Notes: generated from the sequence alone by a model not told the origin. Positions 23,269-36,844 are shown, counted from the whole stretch's first letter. The stretch: DNA of 59,345 nucleotides, filler included, from Sphacelaria rigidula (GCA_964200075.2; 4 parts of 4 records of this genome joined end to end with filler, not necessarily neighbours in it); one strand, 5' to 3'. Made by a program: numbers and translations.

Positions 23269-26200
23269 CCGACCATTCCGACTGGGTTGATGGATGGCAA
23301 ACACCGCTGCTTAAGGCTTTACACCGCTTAATTAGCCACCGCTCCCCTGACGTTGTTGCCTCTTTGACGCAGATTCTCGATTCCTTCTTCGCCGCCATGG
23401 ACCAAGATCGTGCCAGCGGGCAACCAGCGCCGCTATTGTTCAGCAATTTGGAAAGGTGTTCCATAGGGTATTTCGATAAGTCTGATCAGGAAGGCGCCAT
23501 CAAGCGCCTCAGTTCCTTCGCCGTCGCGACAGACGTGCCCTTTGCTGACTACCTCCGCGACTTCACGCTTTTAGTGTCGAGTGTGACTGGTACCGGGCGA
23601 CAGAATGGCCCTAGTGATGCTATGTGTCAAACATATGTTCGCAATAGTATCGCTCAGCAATTTCCGACGCTGATGCCGTCTTTGTTTCCGGGTGCTTTGA
23701 CGCACAAAGATACGCCTCCGTAGACGCGATGTGGAATGCGTTTGTAGATCAGGAACATACGTTGACGCCTGCCATTCGTGGCGCACAGTGTTCTTCGGGG
23801 TTTTCGCAGACCTTGAGTGCTACATCAACAAGTACCTCCGGGCCTCGTGGACGTACCCAGACTTTGTCCAATAATACTTGGACACCAAACTCTGTCGGTG
23901 GATAGGTCATGTCTGTTCGTAGCAAAAGAGACCCGTTCCGTGCCAGCTTCGATTCTTGGCCTTTTTCGGCAGAAACTTTCGATGACGTCTATGTCGTTTA
24001 CACGACTGCTTTCATCACCGATGACCCGCATTTGTGGACACCCTTGCTTTCGCCTTCGGCTCGCAGGGATGCTTATCGTCGCCATGCTAGCACATGCATT
24101 AACTTCAACGGTACTGGCCACAGTATGCGAGATTGCCCTGAACCTTGCATCACAATCGTTTCGCTCATGAACCCTGAACTTCAGAGCAACAGGCAGACGT
24201 GGCGCCGATGGTAAAAACGCATGCGCGAGTGTAATCCGCCTTCTCGCCACCCTCGCCAGCCTTACCATATTCATAGCGACTCTCGCTCAAATCGCAACCG
24301 CCGCCACACCACTAACACAGTCTCAGGTACTCGCCATCGAGATAGTGCTTTCCGCCCTTCTCAGTCTCCGCATGGTCATCACCAGCGAACAGGTCCGACT
24401 AACAACAACTCAAATCCCAATGCCAGAAACCCTGGTTCTTTCATGATGGATCGCAATGATCCATGACACGTCGACGACGGCGTGAAGTCTTCGGCGCCGC
24501 TGATAGCAGAATCGAAGACTCATCCAACACACAACACCGCTCGGGTGACAAAACGTTCTCACCCATCACTGTTCAGGAGATCTAATGACGGCCGCTCTTC
24601 TCGACCCCCGTCTTTATCTTCATATACGCAGCGTAACCGTTGTGTTGACTCACAACCCAGCTCTATGCTCGGCTCCAGTACTGGTCCTCAGGAACGAAGT
24701 ATAAATCTGAGGTGTGGGAAGACCGACCGCGGACCCTTGAGGCACAGGCTTCCTTTAACGACCGCACGCACCGGTTGTAGCAGACTTCCTTCACCTGGTT
24801 CTGGTGTTGATGGTTCGAAACTGACCGCTTCAAACCTTTCGATCCCCACCCGGCCTGATCGTAGTCGGTTTTCGCGCCACTCTTCTGCTGTGAGACTACC
24901 CCAACGTACAGCGGACAACACTCGTCCGCTTTCACATTAAGCAGTGCCCTTTGTATCGAGCTTGCCAGCGGACAGTCCACAAATTTCGGCGGAGCATGCC
25001 CCGATGTTGACAACATCACCTTAACTAGACGCAGTTGCAGATTTTCAAGAAGTCTTGGAAGTTCCGAGTTATTTGTCATGGCACGAGAGGAAGCCTCGTC
25101 GTCATGCCCCCACGGAAGCGCGAGCATTGAAACGTCCCCCTCCCGTCAGAGGAAAATTCCGACCTCATTCTCCCCAAAAAGCGACGACTTTGAGCTCGAT
25201 GACATTGCCAGGCATCCCAGAGGAATACAACTCGGACCTCTCAGACGGTACCGCATCCTCCACCGATGGCCCCTGTCGCACTTCGCAGCAATCTCTCTTC
25301 AACAATGATCCTTGTACTTCCAAGCCTGTGATCTACGAGATTGATCGAAATCATAATACACGCTGCCCTTCACGATCGGATCAGACCCCCACGATGTCTA
25401 CCGATACCTTCGAACCCCCGCGGATCAATCGCCATCCGTTTTCACGGTCAGTCCAACTAATCCTGACCAATTCCCGTTATCTGAACATGGTCCTGACCTT
25501 GTTGGTGGTAAGGTGTCCGTTGATCCTGCCACTTTCACTACCCGCGTAGCATTACACTGTGGCCCTTACGCCACCGCGCGTGCCAAGTGCGTCTCGTTGT
25601 CAGACAGCAGCAGTCCAAAGACATTCACCAAAGAATCCATGTGGAATCATATGAAGCAGACTAGCGCTGCTTCCGACGTCTGCGAGATCACCACCCAACC
25701 TCGCGTTTGGGGCGGTTTCGGCGACTCCAATTCACCCTTGACGACACGACAATCTGTTCGTCTTAGTGTGCAATTTTTCCGCCACGATACACGTTCGGCT
25801 AGTCTCGCAGTCTGGGCTTACATGGTTCCTGACAGCACCATGCATCATGCTCTCCTCCTTGGCAGAGACACTTACATGCGCTTCGACCAACGCACATACC
25901 GCACCCTTCCACCATTTTCGCTCACGTCGGCGCCTCGTGGAGAACTCCAACTAGAACACTTTGGTACCATCAATGGTGCCTTAGCCTACAAAAAGAATGA
26001 GCAGGCTACCGGAGCGGCTTACCACCTTCGGTACACTCGCAGTTCTGGTGTCACCCTTTCCGATGAGCCTCAACTCTTAGAAGTTTCGCTTATTCGCCGC
26101 AACGCTATGCCTGCCCTCACCGGCCACTACGTTGCGGAACTACTGCCTAAAGTCGGTGCGCCCGCTGGCAATGAGCATTTTGTCTCGGACGGCGACCAAC

Positions 26201-29200
26201 TCCTGCCTCTCATAGGCCATGCTAACTTGGAACCTGGCGATGTCTTGGGCATCGCCGCGGCTCCTCTTATGCACCTTTCTCTTGAAACCTGTGTAGTCGA
26301 CCCTCCGGCGCCTGATCTCACGCCGCCGACTGATGGTTTTGTCCACTGCGTCGATGAGCCATACTTCAATCTCTCCGCCTCATCCCCGACTCGGACTTCT
26401 GCGGTGGAACCCGATAGACCCCCTGCTGAACCTCCTGATGAAGTGCTTCAAAGCTTGTCAGTCGATTCTCGGGAACATGTCTTGCAAATATAGCACCAAC
26501 TTCCACCTCATTTGCGTGATATCCATTTTGACCTACATGGTCCGGGCTGGGAGCCCGCCGTCATCCAGGAGCTACAAGATGTTCTTCTGGAATATCAGGA
26601 CAGATTTTCACGATCCAAGACGGATCTCAGGCATTGTAAAACATTGCCATTCGAGATAACACTGCAACCTGGCGTTTCGCCAATCTTATCTCGACCATAT
26701 CGAACGAATCCCCCCCTCACCGAAAAAGTCAATGCTATTTTGGATGCCTACTTAGGAGCTGGTCTAATTCAACATTCGTCTTCGCCATGGGCCTCACCCC
26801 TCGTGGTCGTCCTAAACAAAGATGGCAACATACGCATCATCGTGAACTACAAACGGCTGAACCGCGTCACTGTCGTGGGAAAACTCCCCACACCTCGCAT
26901 CGACGATATCTTCGACTCTCTTTGCGAAGGAAAAATATTCAGCACTTTCGATCTGGCATCTGGATTTTTTCAAAATGCAATTCACCCCGATACAGTTCCC
27001 TTGACAGCGTTCTGCACATCTTCAGAGCTTCTTGAATGGTTTGTATGCCACAAGGCGCTGCCACCGCACCTGGCTGCTTTCAACGCCTCATGCAACGCGT
27101 TACTGACGGTCTCGAGCATGTTATCTTGTATCTTGACGATGCTATCGCTTTTGATGCCTCCCCCAAGGATCATGTTCACACTTTACGGGAATTTCTCTCC
27201 CGCTTGCGTACACACGACTTCATATTGTCTCCATCCAAAGCTCGACTCGGAGCCACTGGATTGGATTTCTTGGGACACTATCTCTCTTGCTGGATTGCAC
27301 CTAGACACGAACAAGGTCAAAGCTATGGCTGATCTGCTCATGTCCACCAATATTTCGCAGCTTCGCTCGCTGTTGGGTGGACTTTCATATTATCGCAACA
27401 TTTTGCCCAATTTGTCCAAGCGGATCCGGCCCATCACAGATTTATTGAAGAAAAACGTTCCGTTTGTCTTCACTGAAGACATGATAGCCACCGTCCGCGA
27501 ACTGCTCAAAACACTGACCGGAAGACCGGTTGTTTGTTTTCCCGATTGGGATGCGGTACAAGACGGCTCGCGGCTTTTCCAACTACACACCGATGCTAGC
27601 ACAGACGGATTCGGCGCCGTTTTGAATCAGCCTCAATTGGATGGCTCTGTCCGACCTATTTTGTACATCAGCCGCGCAACCCTCCCAAACGAGGCAAACT
27701 GGAGTCCACTCAAACTCGAAGGCGGAGTCACAACTTGGGCTATTAAAAGGCTTCGATAGTACTTGTTCCACGTGCCTTTCCACATCTATACATATCGCGG
27801 AGCTCTTAAACAGCTCGCTAAGGTTGGAGAACATAACCCCCGCGTACAACGGTGGCTGGAGTTCTTGACTGCCTACCAGTACACTGTTAAGCACCGTCCG
27901 GCAAAACCAACGGCAACGCTGACCTTCTTTCGAGATTGCCTCTGCCCCCGACAGCGATAGATTTCAGTCCCGCTTGTCGCTTGACTGAACCTGACGAACC
28001 AGGCGTCTGCCCCATTCGGCGTTTTTCTACGCCCATCTACGCGCTTGACCTGCAATGCCCTGAAACAGGTCTGCACATGGGGGGGCCCCACCCTCTGTCC
28101 CCTGATACAGTTTTGGATGGCTTAGCGCCCACACCTGCTGATTTTGCCGACTTCCGCGCTTTCGGTCCTGGCGCGAACATATCGGTGCCGCCACCACCAA
28201 CTGTCCACCTCATCTCCGACAACACGCGCTCTCGGTCGGCAGCTCGTGCAAATTCTTCGCGGGCTGTGATGCCACCACCGTCGCCGACTGCTTGTGGTAA
28301 TGCGTCGCCGCCGCCGCCTCGTGCCCCCACGAGCCGTACCACGCCTGCAAAAACCGGCCGCGTGCCTTGTGATGTACCAACACCGCCCGCACCCCTTGTG
28401 CGTCCAACGCGCCGATCGCGTTCACCAGTTTGCGCTACCCCCAGGCCGCCTTCTGTGAATCTCCCAGCACCTGCGCGACTGCCTCGCGATACACATGCGT
28501 CAGATTCGCCCCCGGATCAAGATGTTGACGTTGGCACCCCTGCTTCCTCACCTGTGCCACCCCCTCCTGAGCCACCATGTTTGGTTGGCTGTCCGGCTGA
28601 AGGCTAACTTCGGGACGTTCTCGCTAGCTACTCTCACCGCGACTGGGCCCGCGACCAACACCAGGAACCGCTCTGTCGCGCGACAATGCGGTATTTGCGG
28701 CTTAACTGCCCCACCCCTTTCCCGGCTGAGATTCTGTCCCCCGTGGGCACTCTACCCGCCCCCGCCGCCTCTGATGTGCTCGAGCTGGCACGCAAAGGTA
28801 CTGTCTTCACGACTGACGAGGACGTTCATCTGCTTGTTCAGCGATCCATATCACGATTAGGCAGGGCTGTCGCAGTAACCACTGCCGCTTCGGCACATAT
28901 GCGTCATGACGCCCCAATTCGCATCTATGTCCCTATCATGATGCGTCCGTGGGTCATGAAAGGCTGTCACTCTGATTTGTCCTGCAAGTTAGGCGTCACG
29001 CGCACGTTAGCGCTCCTTGAGCGTTTTTATTGGTGGATTGGCATGAGAGCATTCAAGCGTTTTTGGGTCCGACAATGTTTCAAATGTCAGGCTCGGAAAA
29101 CCTCTCGACAGACTGGGCGATGGCCGGTGACTTCCATGGAGCTTCCTAACGCTCCTGGTCACCTCGTATCGTTCGACTACTTCGGCCCTTTACCCCCCAC

Positions 29201-29489
29201 TGACCGTGGTAATACCTACATTATACTTTTCACCGACCGCTTCAGCCGTCACGCGGCTATGTATGCCGTAACTGCTAGCGATGTCACTGCTGCCGGCACA
29301 GCGGACATCCTCGTCCATGACTCCATGAAGCACTCTGGCTGCCCGAAACGGCTCCTCTCCGACGATGGTCAACAGTTTTGCTCCGAACTCTCGCATGCTT
29401 TGTACAAGCTCCTCGGCATTCGCATAATTGCCACGAGCGCCTACCACCCCAACGGTAACGGTGGGACTGAACGTGTGAACCACACGATG
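23269..29489 (+). mobile_element. Degenerate Ty3/Gypsy LTR retrotransposon internal region (gag, protease, RT, RNase H, integrase)
   Basis: Gag remnant with decayed Zn knuckle CINFNGTGHSMRDC (24095-24136); protease SLSDSSS...LLGRD (~25590-25870); RT PWASPLVVV...VNYKRLN...FDLASGFFQ...MPQG...YLDD (27129-27140)...FLGH; RNase H LHTDASTDGFGAVLNQ; integrase Zn finger (H...CFKC) and core SFDYFGP...LLSDDG...NGGTERVNHTM. PR-RT-RH-IN order indicates Gypsy. Stops at 23721, 26491 and 27757, and frameshifts near 27040, 27280 and 27900. Confidence 0.95.
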
Positions 29490-29627
29490 GAGTCATCCCA
29501 CGATAGGGGGGGAGGGGGGTATTCTGGGCCATTTGTTGCTCGAAATTTCGAGTCAGATGGTCGTTGAAAGCAGCAACGGTTGTTCGAACAAGCTTGTTGT
29601 GGATCAATAACGCTCCTCCATACTGCC
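29490..29627. mobile_element. Truncated copy of the 18774-19151 MITE family inserted in the integrase; contig ends inside it
   Basis: GAGTCATCCCACGATAGGGG...GCAGCAACGGTTGTTCGAAC...AATAACGCTC matches 18774-18905; integrase similarity stops at RVNHTM. Confidence 0.85.
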
Positions 29628-29727
29628 NNNNNNNNNNNNNNNNNNNNNNNNNNNNNNNNNNNNNNNNNNNNTTAATTAATTAANNNNNNNNNNNNNNNNN
29701 NNNNNNNNNNNNNNNNNNNNNNNNNNN
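29628..29727. other. Artificial contig linker
   Basis: Same 44N-TTAATTAATTAA-44N structure. Confidence 0.98.
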
Positions 29728-30143
29728 ATTCGTACGAGTCGAATCAATTATACTAAAACCAAGTAATTTCAGACGAATCATTATTTGTCCGACCCTTGGA
29801 ACTTTGTGCTGGTGCCTGTGGCCTATGGTGTACTTTCTCGTTTACCGCACGCTTCAAGCATAGATCATGTACAGTAGGCACGACAAACGGACGAGTACTC
29901 ATCCTAGTAAAACTGGCATAGATCGAGTGTTGTTTTGCACCGAAAACATATTTGATCTCTCCGGTACAGACCGTATACAAAACTGCTACTGCATCACCCT
30001 CTGTACGTAAAAAAATACTCTAACGCGTATTTTGTTTCCCGTGTAGGTGCTCCTCCTATGATCCCAAGGTTCACTTCCCCCGGCTTCTTCACCTTGCTAT
30101 ACACGTGAAATGAGCCAGCTGTACGGATCTCGCGTCTCCATAC

Positions 30144-30317
30144 CTGTGCGTGTGTGGATAGGGGAGTCACCCTGCTCAGACTCTCCACCCTCTCGTCTTT
30201 AAGCAGCACGCCCATCTGTCGAGACCTCTGCGGGCCGGCCTTTCCCAGCACCGCACACGTAATGGCCTTGCCCAGAAGTGCTAGCAGATCCCCCTCGGCT
30301 ATTTCAAGTCCTTTACC
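30144..30317 (-). CDS. CSN4: CSN4 exon 7 (...AITCAVLGKAGPQRSRQMGVLLKDERV...); gene continues beyond this exon, presumably off the contig
   Basis: Matches CSN4 [23 protein letters not shown]; 174 nt; CAG|GTATGG donor. Seven exons total 813 nt = 271 aa; C-terminal PCI-domain exons not found. Confidence 0.95.
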
Positions 30318-30659
30318 CTGGTTCCCAAAAATGTGAGTCAGCGGGGAAGGCCATGGAGAGCAAGGGCAATAATAACAACAAGAACAACGACGACGACGAC
30401 AAAGATGTGAAGGGGGAAAAAAAAATGGCAACAAGGAGGATAGAAGAGGGGAAAACGTGAAGAAGAAAAATGAAGTCACGGGTAGATGCGGAGAGAGCCG
30501 AACGAGACGAAAATTGTGCCAAGACAAGAAAAAAACAAGGAGAAGGAAAAGCTCGGTTTGCGGTGAAATTTTGAATATATTCGAATCTTCGACAAACAGG
30601 GATTACTTACAGACTAGTTCACGCTTATCCAAGCGAAAACACTCATCGCAAAAACTTCA

Positions 30660-31290
30660 CGCCGTTTGTAGGAGTTAGACCCTGAAATTTGGCACAAATG
30701 TGTCATGGGTCACTACGCAACTTTCGAAGGCCGTGGTTTTTTCACCCTCTGACTTCTTCACCATTTTTCGGGGAAACTTGGATCCCCTCGGACCCCCAAA
30801 AATCAGCAGAAGAAAAAACCGAAAAACCTCCGTTTCATTCAAACTTGCGTAGTGATCCACAACAAATTTGTGGAAAATTTCAGGATCTAACTCCTAAAAA
30901 CGGCGTGAAGGTTTTTGCTTTCATGCGATGAAATTTCCCGTGCCACGGTGGAACCACAAACCACATGACTTTAGTATGAAACGGCGTTTGTGGGCCTTCT
31001 CGGACGTGAACATTCGAGCATCACTTCATCGAGTTCGGCCACGGAGCGTTGTGGGGGCCTCCCTTGGGTTATACAGTGACAGCTCCTGGGCGAAAAACAT
31101 GACAAAAAATATCGCAGTGCCGGTTTTCCGGGGTCCCACAATGGAGACTACTTTAAAGAAACGAGTTGGATCTCGTCGGGCCCCCGAAAAACGGTGAAAA
31201 AGGAGTAAAAAACGCTTGTCCGTCGAAAGTTGTGCAATGAACCATAGCACATTTGGGCAAAGTTTTCAGGGTATAACTCCTAAAAATGGT
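30660..31290. repeat. Repeat element in CSN4 intron 6 with a ~35-bp motif in three copies
   Basis: TAGGAGTTA(G/T)A(C/T)CCTGAAA..TT..C.CAAAT forward at ~30669 and inverted at ~30866-30900 and ~31248-31285. Confidence 0.6.
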
Positions 31291-32668
31291 TCGAAGTGTT
31301 GCGCGTTTGTGCGAGGACGTGAGCTTGAAAAGTGCAAACTCATAACTACTTGGTTTAGATATGAAATCGTCTTGTTTGAGTGAATAATACGCCAAGGCAA
31401 GAAATTCTCCATGAGGCTTTCGAGTTTCTTGAACACACCTTGTACATATGTTCCTTGGACTATGCCGGGACGCATCACTCGACTCTTTTTTTTAAAAGGC
31501 ATGTCGTACCGCCTGCCGGGGGCCTTCATACTGGAACCCCCGGAAGCCAGAAGAGAACGTGGAAACTGTGAAATCTTGTCAAGAACACAGTTTTTCATTT
31601 AGAAATCAATACCTACGGAACTGCCAAGTTTGAGGGCGATGTAAAATTTTCTACGACAGATTTAAGGGAAACCGTCACGAGGCTCCCTGGGTCTTTCCTG
31701 CGTATCAGTGGAAATCAGACGGCGCCAAAACCCCACATCACCGAAACATCACGGTTTCGGGTATAATTTGACCCCGTACTAACCTTTTTCAGATCTGTTT
31801 CTTTCCATTAGATTTTCGAGCTGATGGCGGTTACTACGATTTAAAACATGTGGAAATTTGGTGCAAATTAGGCTTGGAATTCGTGTTTTCGATCTCAGAA
31901 CAACTTGAAGGGCGCTGATTGGTCTAGATATTTTTCGTCCTTAACGCTACCAGTGTGGCCTTAAACACCAATCCAGCTATACCACGCTCTTCAGCTGTCC
32001 ATGGTGGTTAGTATAATATCATGTATGCGCCTATTAGATAGGTGTTGCGAAAGGCATTCGCTGATTACACAATTCTCGGTGATGAGCGCAAACCACTCTG
32101 TAGGACGTTCATCACTGGTACTTTTGTCCTACTTTTGAGCTCCCCTCGCCCTGCCCTCGGGGGGAGTGTAGTCCCAGCAGAGTATCATCCAACATCTCCC
32201 CGGGAATTCGTGATGCATTTGACGATCATCAAGGTTTGTATCAGCAATTCCACAGCCCGTCGTCCTTCACCGACATATATTGCCAATTCTCGTTCTCAGG
32301 TTTCGGGGGAAACGTGAACCAAAACATGACCTTTACTACCGAGACTAGAACTCATGAACTCTTCTCGAGCTATATAAGCTAGTGAAAGTACAACACATCA
32401 TACCTCCACACCTCCACACCACCACACCACCACACTACCACACCACCCACAGCCCCGCCTAGCCGCACCAGTCACCCACACCACCTAGGCGTTCAAAAGA
32501 TACCAACCGCGTGAAAAATCGGTGTTCGGTTCTCCACAGGCTCTTGTGAACATCGTCTCCATCTTGGACATTCTCTACATTCGAGATTTATGAAACGGAG
32601 GTTGGAAAAAAATTCACGTAGTGTTTCCACCCCTTGGGTCGCTGCTTATATCACAACTTGCGCAGTAC

Positions 32669-32803
32669 CTGAGCCTGGCTGAGCTCGTAGAACCGAACGG
32701 AAGCATCCAAGAACTTTCTGTGTGCGTCCAAGATTCTGGCTGCGGTGGTCCGGTAGCGCATTTGCAGGGCCCAGTCTGTGACTTCTTGCATAGCCACAGA
32801 CGC
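32669..32803 (-). CDS. CSN4: CSN4 exon 6 (ASVAMQEVTDWALQMRYRTTAARILDAHRKFLDASVRFYELSQAQ)
   Basis: Matches the CSN4 hallmark [21 protein letters not shown]; 135 nt. Confidence 0.95.
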
Positions 32804-34296
32804 CTTCATCAACCACGATCGAGTAGAGTGGTGGGGTGTGCGGGGCGCGGTGGGGAGGGGGGAGGGAGATGATCTTGTTAAGCGTGCAACGTATAGAAAG
32901 AAGCTGCTGTCCGATGGTAAAAATTTGTGCCAACTTCGGATATCGCGTACAAGTTCGTTCCCTCGCTGCTCCATCGTCTGCTGGAATTCTGGCCTCCAGC
33001 GACAAAGGTGGCGGACGCTTCAGCTACAGCGTTTATACTTTGCCACAAAGTACTGAATCCGTAAACATGGTACAGATTTCGGATTTCTTCAGTCGCCATG
33101 TTTTTCCGTACTGCTTTGCTTTTGTACTGCTGTGCCGGAGAACACTTCAGTAGACGTCTTCCCCATCAATCTTGAAGTCACAACATACCAACAATCACGG
33201 ACATGGGGCATGAAACATGCAGCTACTAGTGATCGCATCAACCCTCTCTCCCGCGAGACCATGATTCTGAACCCTGGTTCGTTCCACTACCGTCGCACCT
33301 ACCTTGGATCCTGTACCGACGTTTCTCGTTACACTATAAGGGAGGATCACCGCCGCCTACCGCATTGCAGGAGTGAATGTGATAGTGTATACGACCACCT
33401 GGTGATGAGCTTTCGGGATCTCAAAGATCATCTCCGGGGAAGGCATCGTGGGGGGGGGCGGGTACGGGGCGGGGTGGGGGGGAATACGGCGTACCTACCC
33501 TTTATCCTGCAAGACGACATGCCGCGTACCCTAGCCCAGTACTGAAGGTGCTGATGTGGTGCCTAAAATTGCCGACTGTACCACTCGGGGATATTTTCAC
33601 GGGGTGACATGGTACGTATGGGTGATAGACACCACATCTCATGGTATTATGGGTAAAAACATCGTATTGAATGGTACCATGGGTAGTAAACACCGTATCC
33701 TACGGTACCATGACATTTTGAGGTTGTCTTTGTCCACTGCATGGTACGGTGCGGGAATGACGTTGATACAACGCAAGAGCGATGAACAGCCATCACAAAC
33801 AACGTTCAAGCTTCACCGCCGCTCGCCGTGGTAGCAACATGATAATAAAAAAATGGGTCAAATGCACTGGAATGGACAAAACAAAGCTATTGGTACTGTC
33901 AGTCGAAACTACAGCCAACACACGCAGGTGATATCGGTTACATCCGCGACAAGGCACATGATATAACGTGTGAAAGGGAATCATCCACACGCACCGTCAG
34001 TACGTGGATACTTCCTCCCTTTGCTGGCACCACTGCGACAGCCTCGGTGGCGACGCACACAACCCTACAAAACCTCCAGAGCATGAAAAGGCGAGAACTA
34101 GGACATACGACCAAAAAAGTCTTCTGACACTGGAAACGCGTCCGACCAATCAGCATATCACATATATCTCGTATACATCACCTGCACGAAGTATTTCACA
34201 CGACTTCGAAAAGTGATGGGGATTCATGTGCACATGTTCTGCACGCATTCGTGGTTCGCAAGGTCGAATGGTGCTGGTTATGGTCTACAAATTTAC

Positions 34297-34466
34297 CACA
34301 TCCTGGACAATATATAGTCAATAGATGCAATCGACGAGAAGTGTACTGTATAAAGTATAGGCCTGTTGCAACTATTGCCGGCCGACAATAGTCGCAATAG
34401 GCCTATACTTTATGCAGTACGTCTCTTGTCTATTGCAACTATTGACCAGATATTGTCCAAGGTGTG
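34297..34466. mobile_element. 170-bp fully palindromic (foldback) MITE with perfect 8-bp TSD
   Basis: Two ~85-bp inverted arms meeting at CGGCCG; TSD AAATTTAC at 34289-34296 and 34467-34474. Confidence 0.92.
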
Positions 34467-34482
34467 AAATTTACCAAATATG

Positions 34483-34964
34483 CAAGGTTGTGTTCTGCGG
34501 GGTATACCAGCTGAAATTCGGGTATTTAGAATAGTATCAACGACGTATTTTACCGGTAAATAATGATATCCCTGCCAACAATACCAGATTGTTCGGAACA
34601 AGGCTCGATGTTCTGCCGGACAATGCTGGAATGTTTAGTACATATATCGGTAAGGTTCAACCCTGTTGGAACTGTTGACAGAAAAGCGACGACTTACATT
34701 TCACGTCTTCTTGGGCAGGGTACGGTTGTTTTTCTACAAGTGTTGATCATGCAGCCTATCACAACGGTGCACCACCCTAAGTTCGAGTAGATTAACGCGA
34801 CATGTTCGTGCACGACACTCGAATTGACGATTCACCGTGACGAAAAGCTCGCATATAGAAATTTGTAAATCGTCACGTTTCCATCACCGGTGCTAAAAGG
34901 GTCATTATGCTGTACCAACCGAAAGTCCCCCACTTCCGGGTATACCCTACATAACACAACCTTG
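34483..34964. mobile_element. hAT-like MITE, CAAGGTTGTGTT TIR family
   Basis: CAAGGTTGTGTTCTGCGGGGTATACC...GGTATACCCTACATAACACAACCTTG; flanks CAAATATG/CACATGTG (6/8). Confidence 0.8.
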
Positions 34965-35504
34965 CACATGTGGTTGGCGTAGCATGGGATCCAGGGTGGA
35001 GTATCTTGTGGTGTTGATACCCTTGATACCTCATCATACTCGGTGCTTTCTGCAGTTGATACCCCTAGTATGCTGGAGTATTCCACATTTCGGCTGTTGG
35101 CACCCAGGGTATGCTGGGGTGCTTACTACTCTTGGCAGTCTAACATTGAACGTACCCTGAAAGATTCGGGAAAGCAAAACATCCTGGAAATCTTGGGTTC
35201 CTGGAGTACGGGACCCTACGGATCCTCACGTACATACCTTCGATACTTATCCACCAAATGTTCGTGGCAGTGCGAACTCAAGCGTACCGACTCTCCACCC
35301 CTCTACCCCTCCATCCCCTCTTTACCCGCGATCCATACAGCATCAGCCCAAACGAACACGTGCTGCCCCCGTACTGCATTCGCGCAGGGAAGATAGTGCA
35401 AAATCTTGGGTCTGTCCTATGTGTGCTCGCACGAAAGATACAAAAACAAGCTCGGGGGATGTTTCAAGAAAGCTTGAAGTCGCCTGTAGGTGACGTACTA
35501 TTTT

Positions 35505-35610
35505 GATTCGTTGATTGACTGATTGATCGTCGCACTTCAACTGATCCCCAGGGGATCCAGCCGTCGTCACATTAGTCACATGATGGACGTACCCGAGATG
35601 AAAAAAACAA
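35505..35610 (-). repeat. Retroposon-like 3' tail ending in an (AATC)n microsatellite
   Basis: TTGATTG...GTCGCACTTCAACTGA.CCCCAGG shared with 39966-40070. Confidence 0.65.
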
Positions 35611-35856
35611 GCAAAATGGAAACCCTCGCCGACGAAATTGAAGGAAATTGAAACAGGGAACAGACGAAGAGTAGACTAAGAACAGAATATGAGAGTGAAG
35701 AAAAAAACAAAAAACGAAATTCAAGAAAAAAATGTCCACAGCAAAGCGAGTCAATACAGGCGGGCTCTCACCATACTACCATAGGTTGCCCGCCCGGCAA
35801 GGGCATCATGGCGAAAACGCCCACCATATTCACATGGAGCAGTTACTCGAAAAATC

Positions 35857-36082
35857 CAAGGTTGTGCTCTGTGAGGTATACCCGGAGTTTGGGGATTATT
35901 GATTTACATACCAAACCATGCTGGAATGTGTACGGAACATTCCGGGGTGGTCCGGCAGGATGTCGAGCATTGTTCGGAACAATCCGGTATGGTTCGTAAG
36001 GGCATTTACTGATGAAATATCTGTGTTATACCTATCTAAATACCCTAACTTCGGAGGGCATACCTTGCTGAACACAACCTTG
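35857..36082. mobile_element. hAT-like MITE, CAAGGTTGTG TIR family
   Basis: CAAGGTTGTGCTCTGTGAGGTAT...ATACCTTGCTGAACACAACCTTG; TSD unclear. Confidence 0.75.
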
Positions 36083-36192
36083 AAAAACTGTACATCAGAT
36101 GGTATTTGTGACAAGTGCCACTCCCACCGAAGTCATAAAACGCTGTGTCGAATTGCCCCCGAAAGAATATTGGGGCGTGGTCGGTGCTGCAC

Positions 36193-36291
36193 CTTATTGC
36201 AGAAGTTGTCGGCAGCGTCGGTTTCGTCACTCTCCAGGTACGCCTCAGCCACCTTCACCCAGACGTCCGCCTTCTCTGCATTTGAGTACGT
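36193..36291 (-). CDS. CSN4: CSN4 exon 5 (TYSNAEKADVWVKVAEAYLESDETDAADNFCNK)
   Basis: Matches CSN4 [27 protein letters not shown]; 99 nt; CAG/GT boundaries. Confidence 0.92.
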
Positions 36292-36370
36292 CTGGTATTT
36301 CGGTTCCGTTTTGAAGAGGGTGGGCCAAAGCAAACAAAACAAAGACAGGTACAATGAGAAAAACAGAACA

Positions 36371-36373
<3 letters not shown>

Positions 36374-36418
<45 letters not shown>

Positions 36419-36448
36419 GCCAACAACAACAACAACAACAACAACAAC
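36374..36448 (+). repeat. Compound microsatellite (ATC)15-(CAA)9
   Basis: Directly visible, ~80 nt upstream of the CSN4 exon 5 acceptor. Confidence 0.97.
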
Positions 36449-36844
36449 GGTGGGGCACCGCCCTCTACAGAATATTATAATGGTGCAACCCCGAGTGTAG
36501 TAGAGCGGCGAAAACGAACCGAGTCGCTATGCAAATGTTCTACTACTCAACTCCAACATTGTCGATATTTGGGGATCTGCACTGCGGGCAATTAAAATCT
36601 AAACGAAACAGAAAATCTCCGCACTAGTATACATGAGCTCAGACCACGCAGTCAAATGATTTGCCGATTGACCGCGAGGAGTTCCCCATCGTATTCATAG
36701 GAGCAAGCACGTGTATATCCTCCACACGTCATGGTGGCAGCACCCCGGTTGTCTGAGTTAAACTAGTGCAATTAAAACCAGCCGGGTAGGAAGAATGCCC
36801 GTTTCAAACCCCGCAAAATGCATTTACGGTTTTTTTGAGGAGCA

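Noticed and set aside
35918..36595. 225-aa ORF with poly-I/poly-N, and the antisense poly-M ORF
   Set aside because: Microsatellite plus the antisense of CSN4 exon 5; only 36193-36291 on - is coding.
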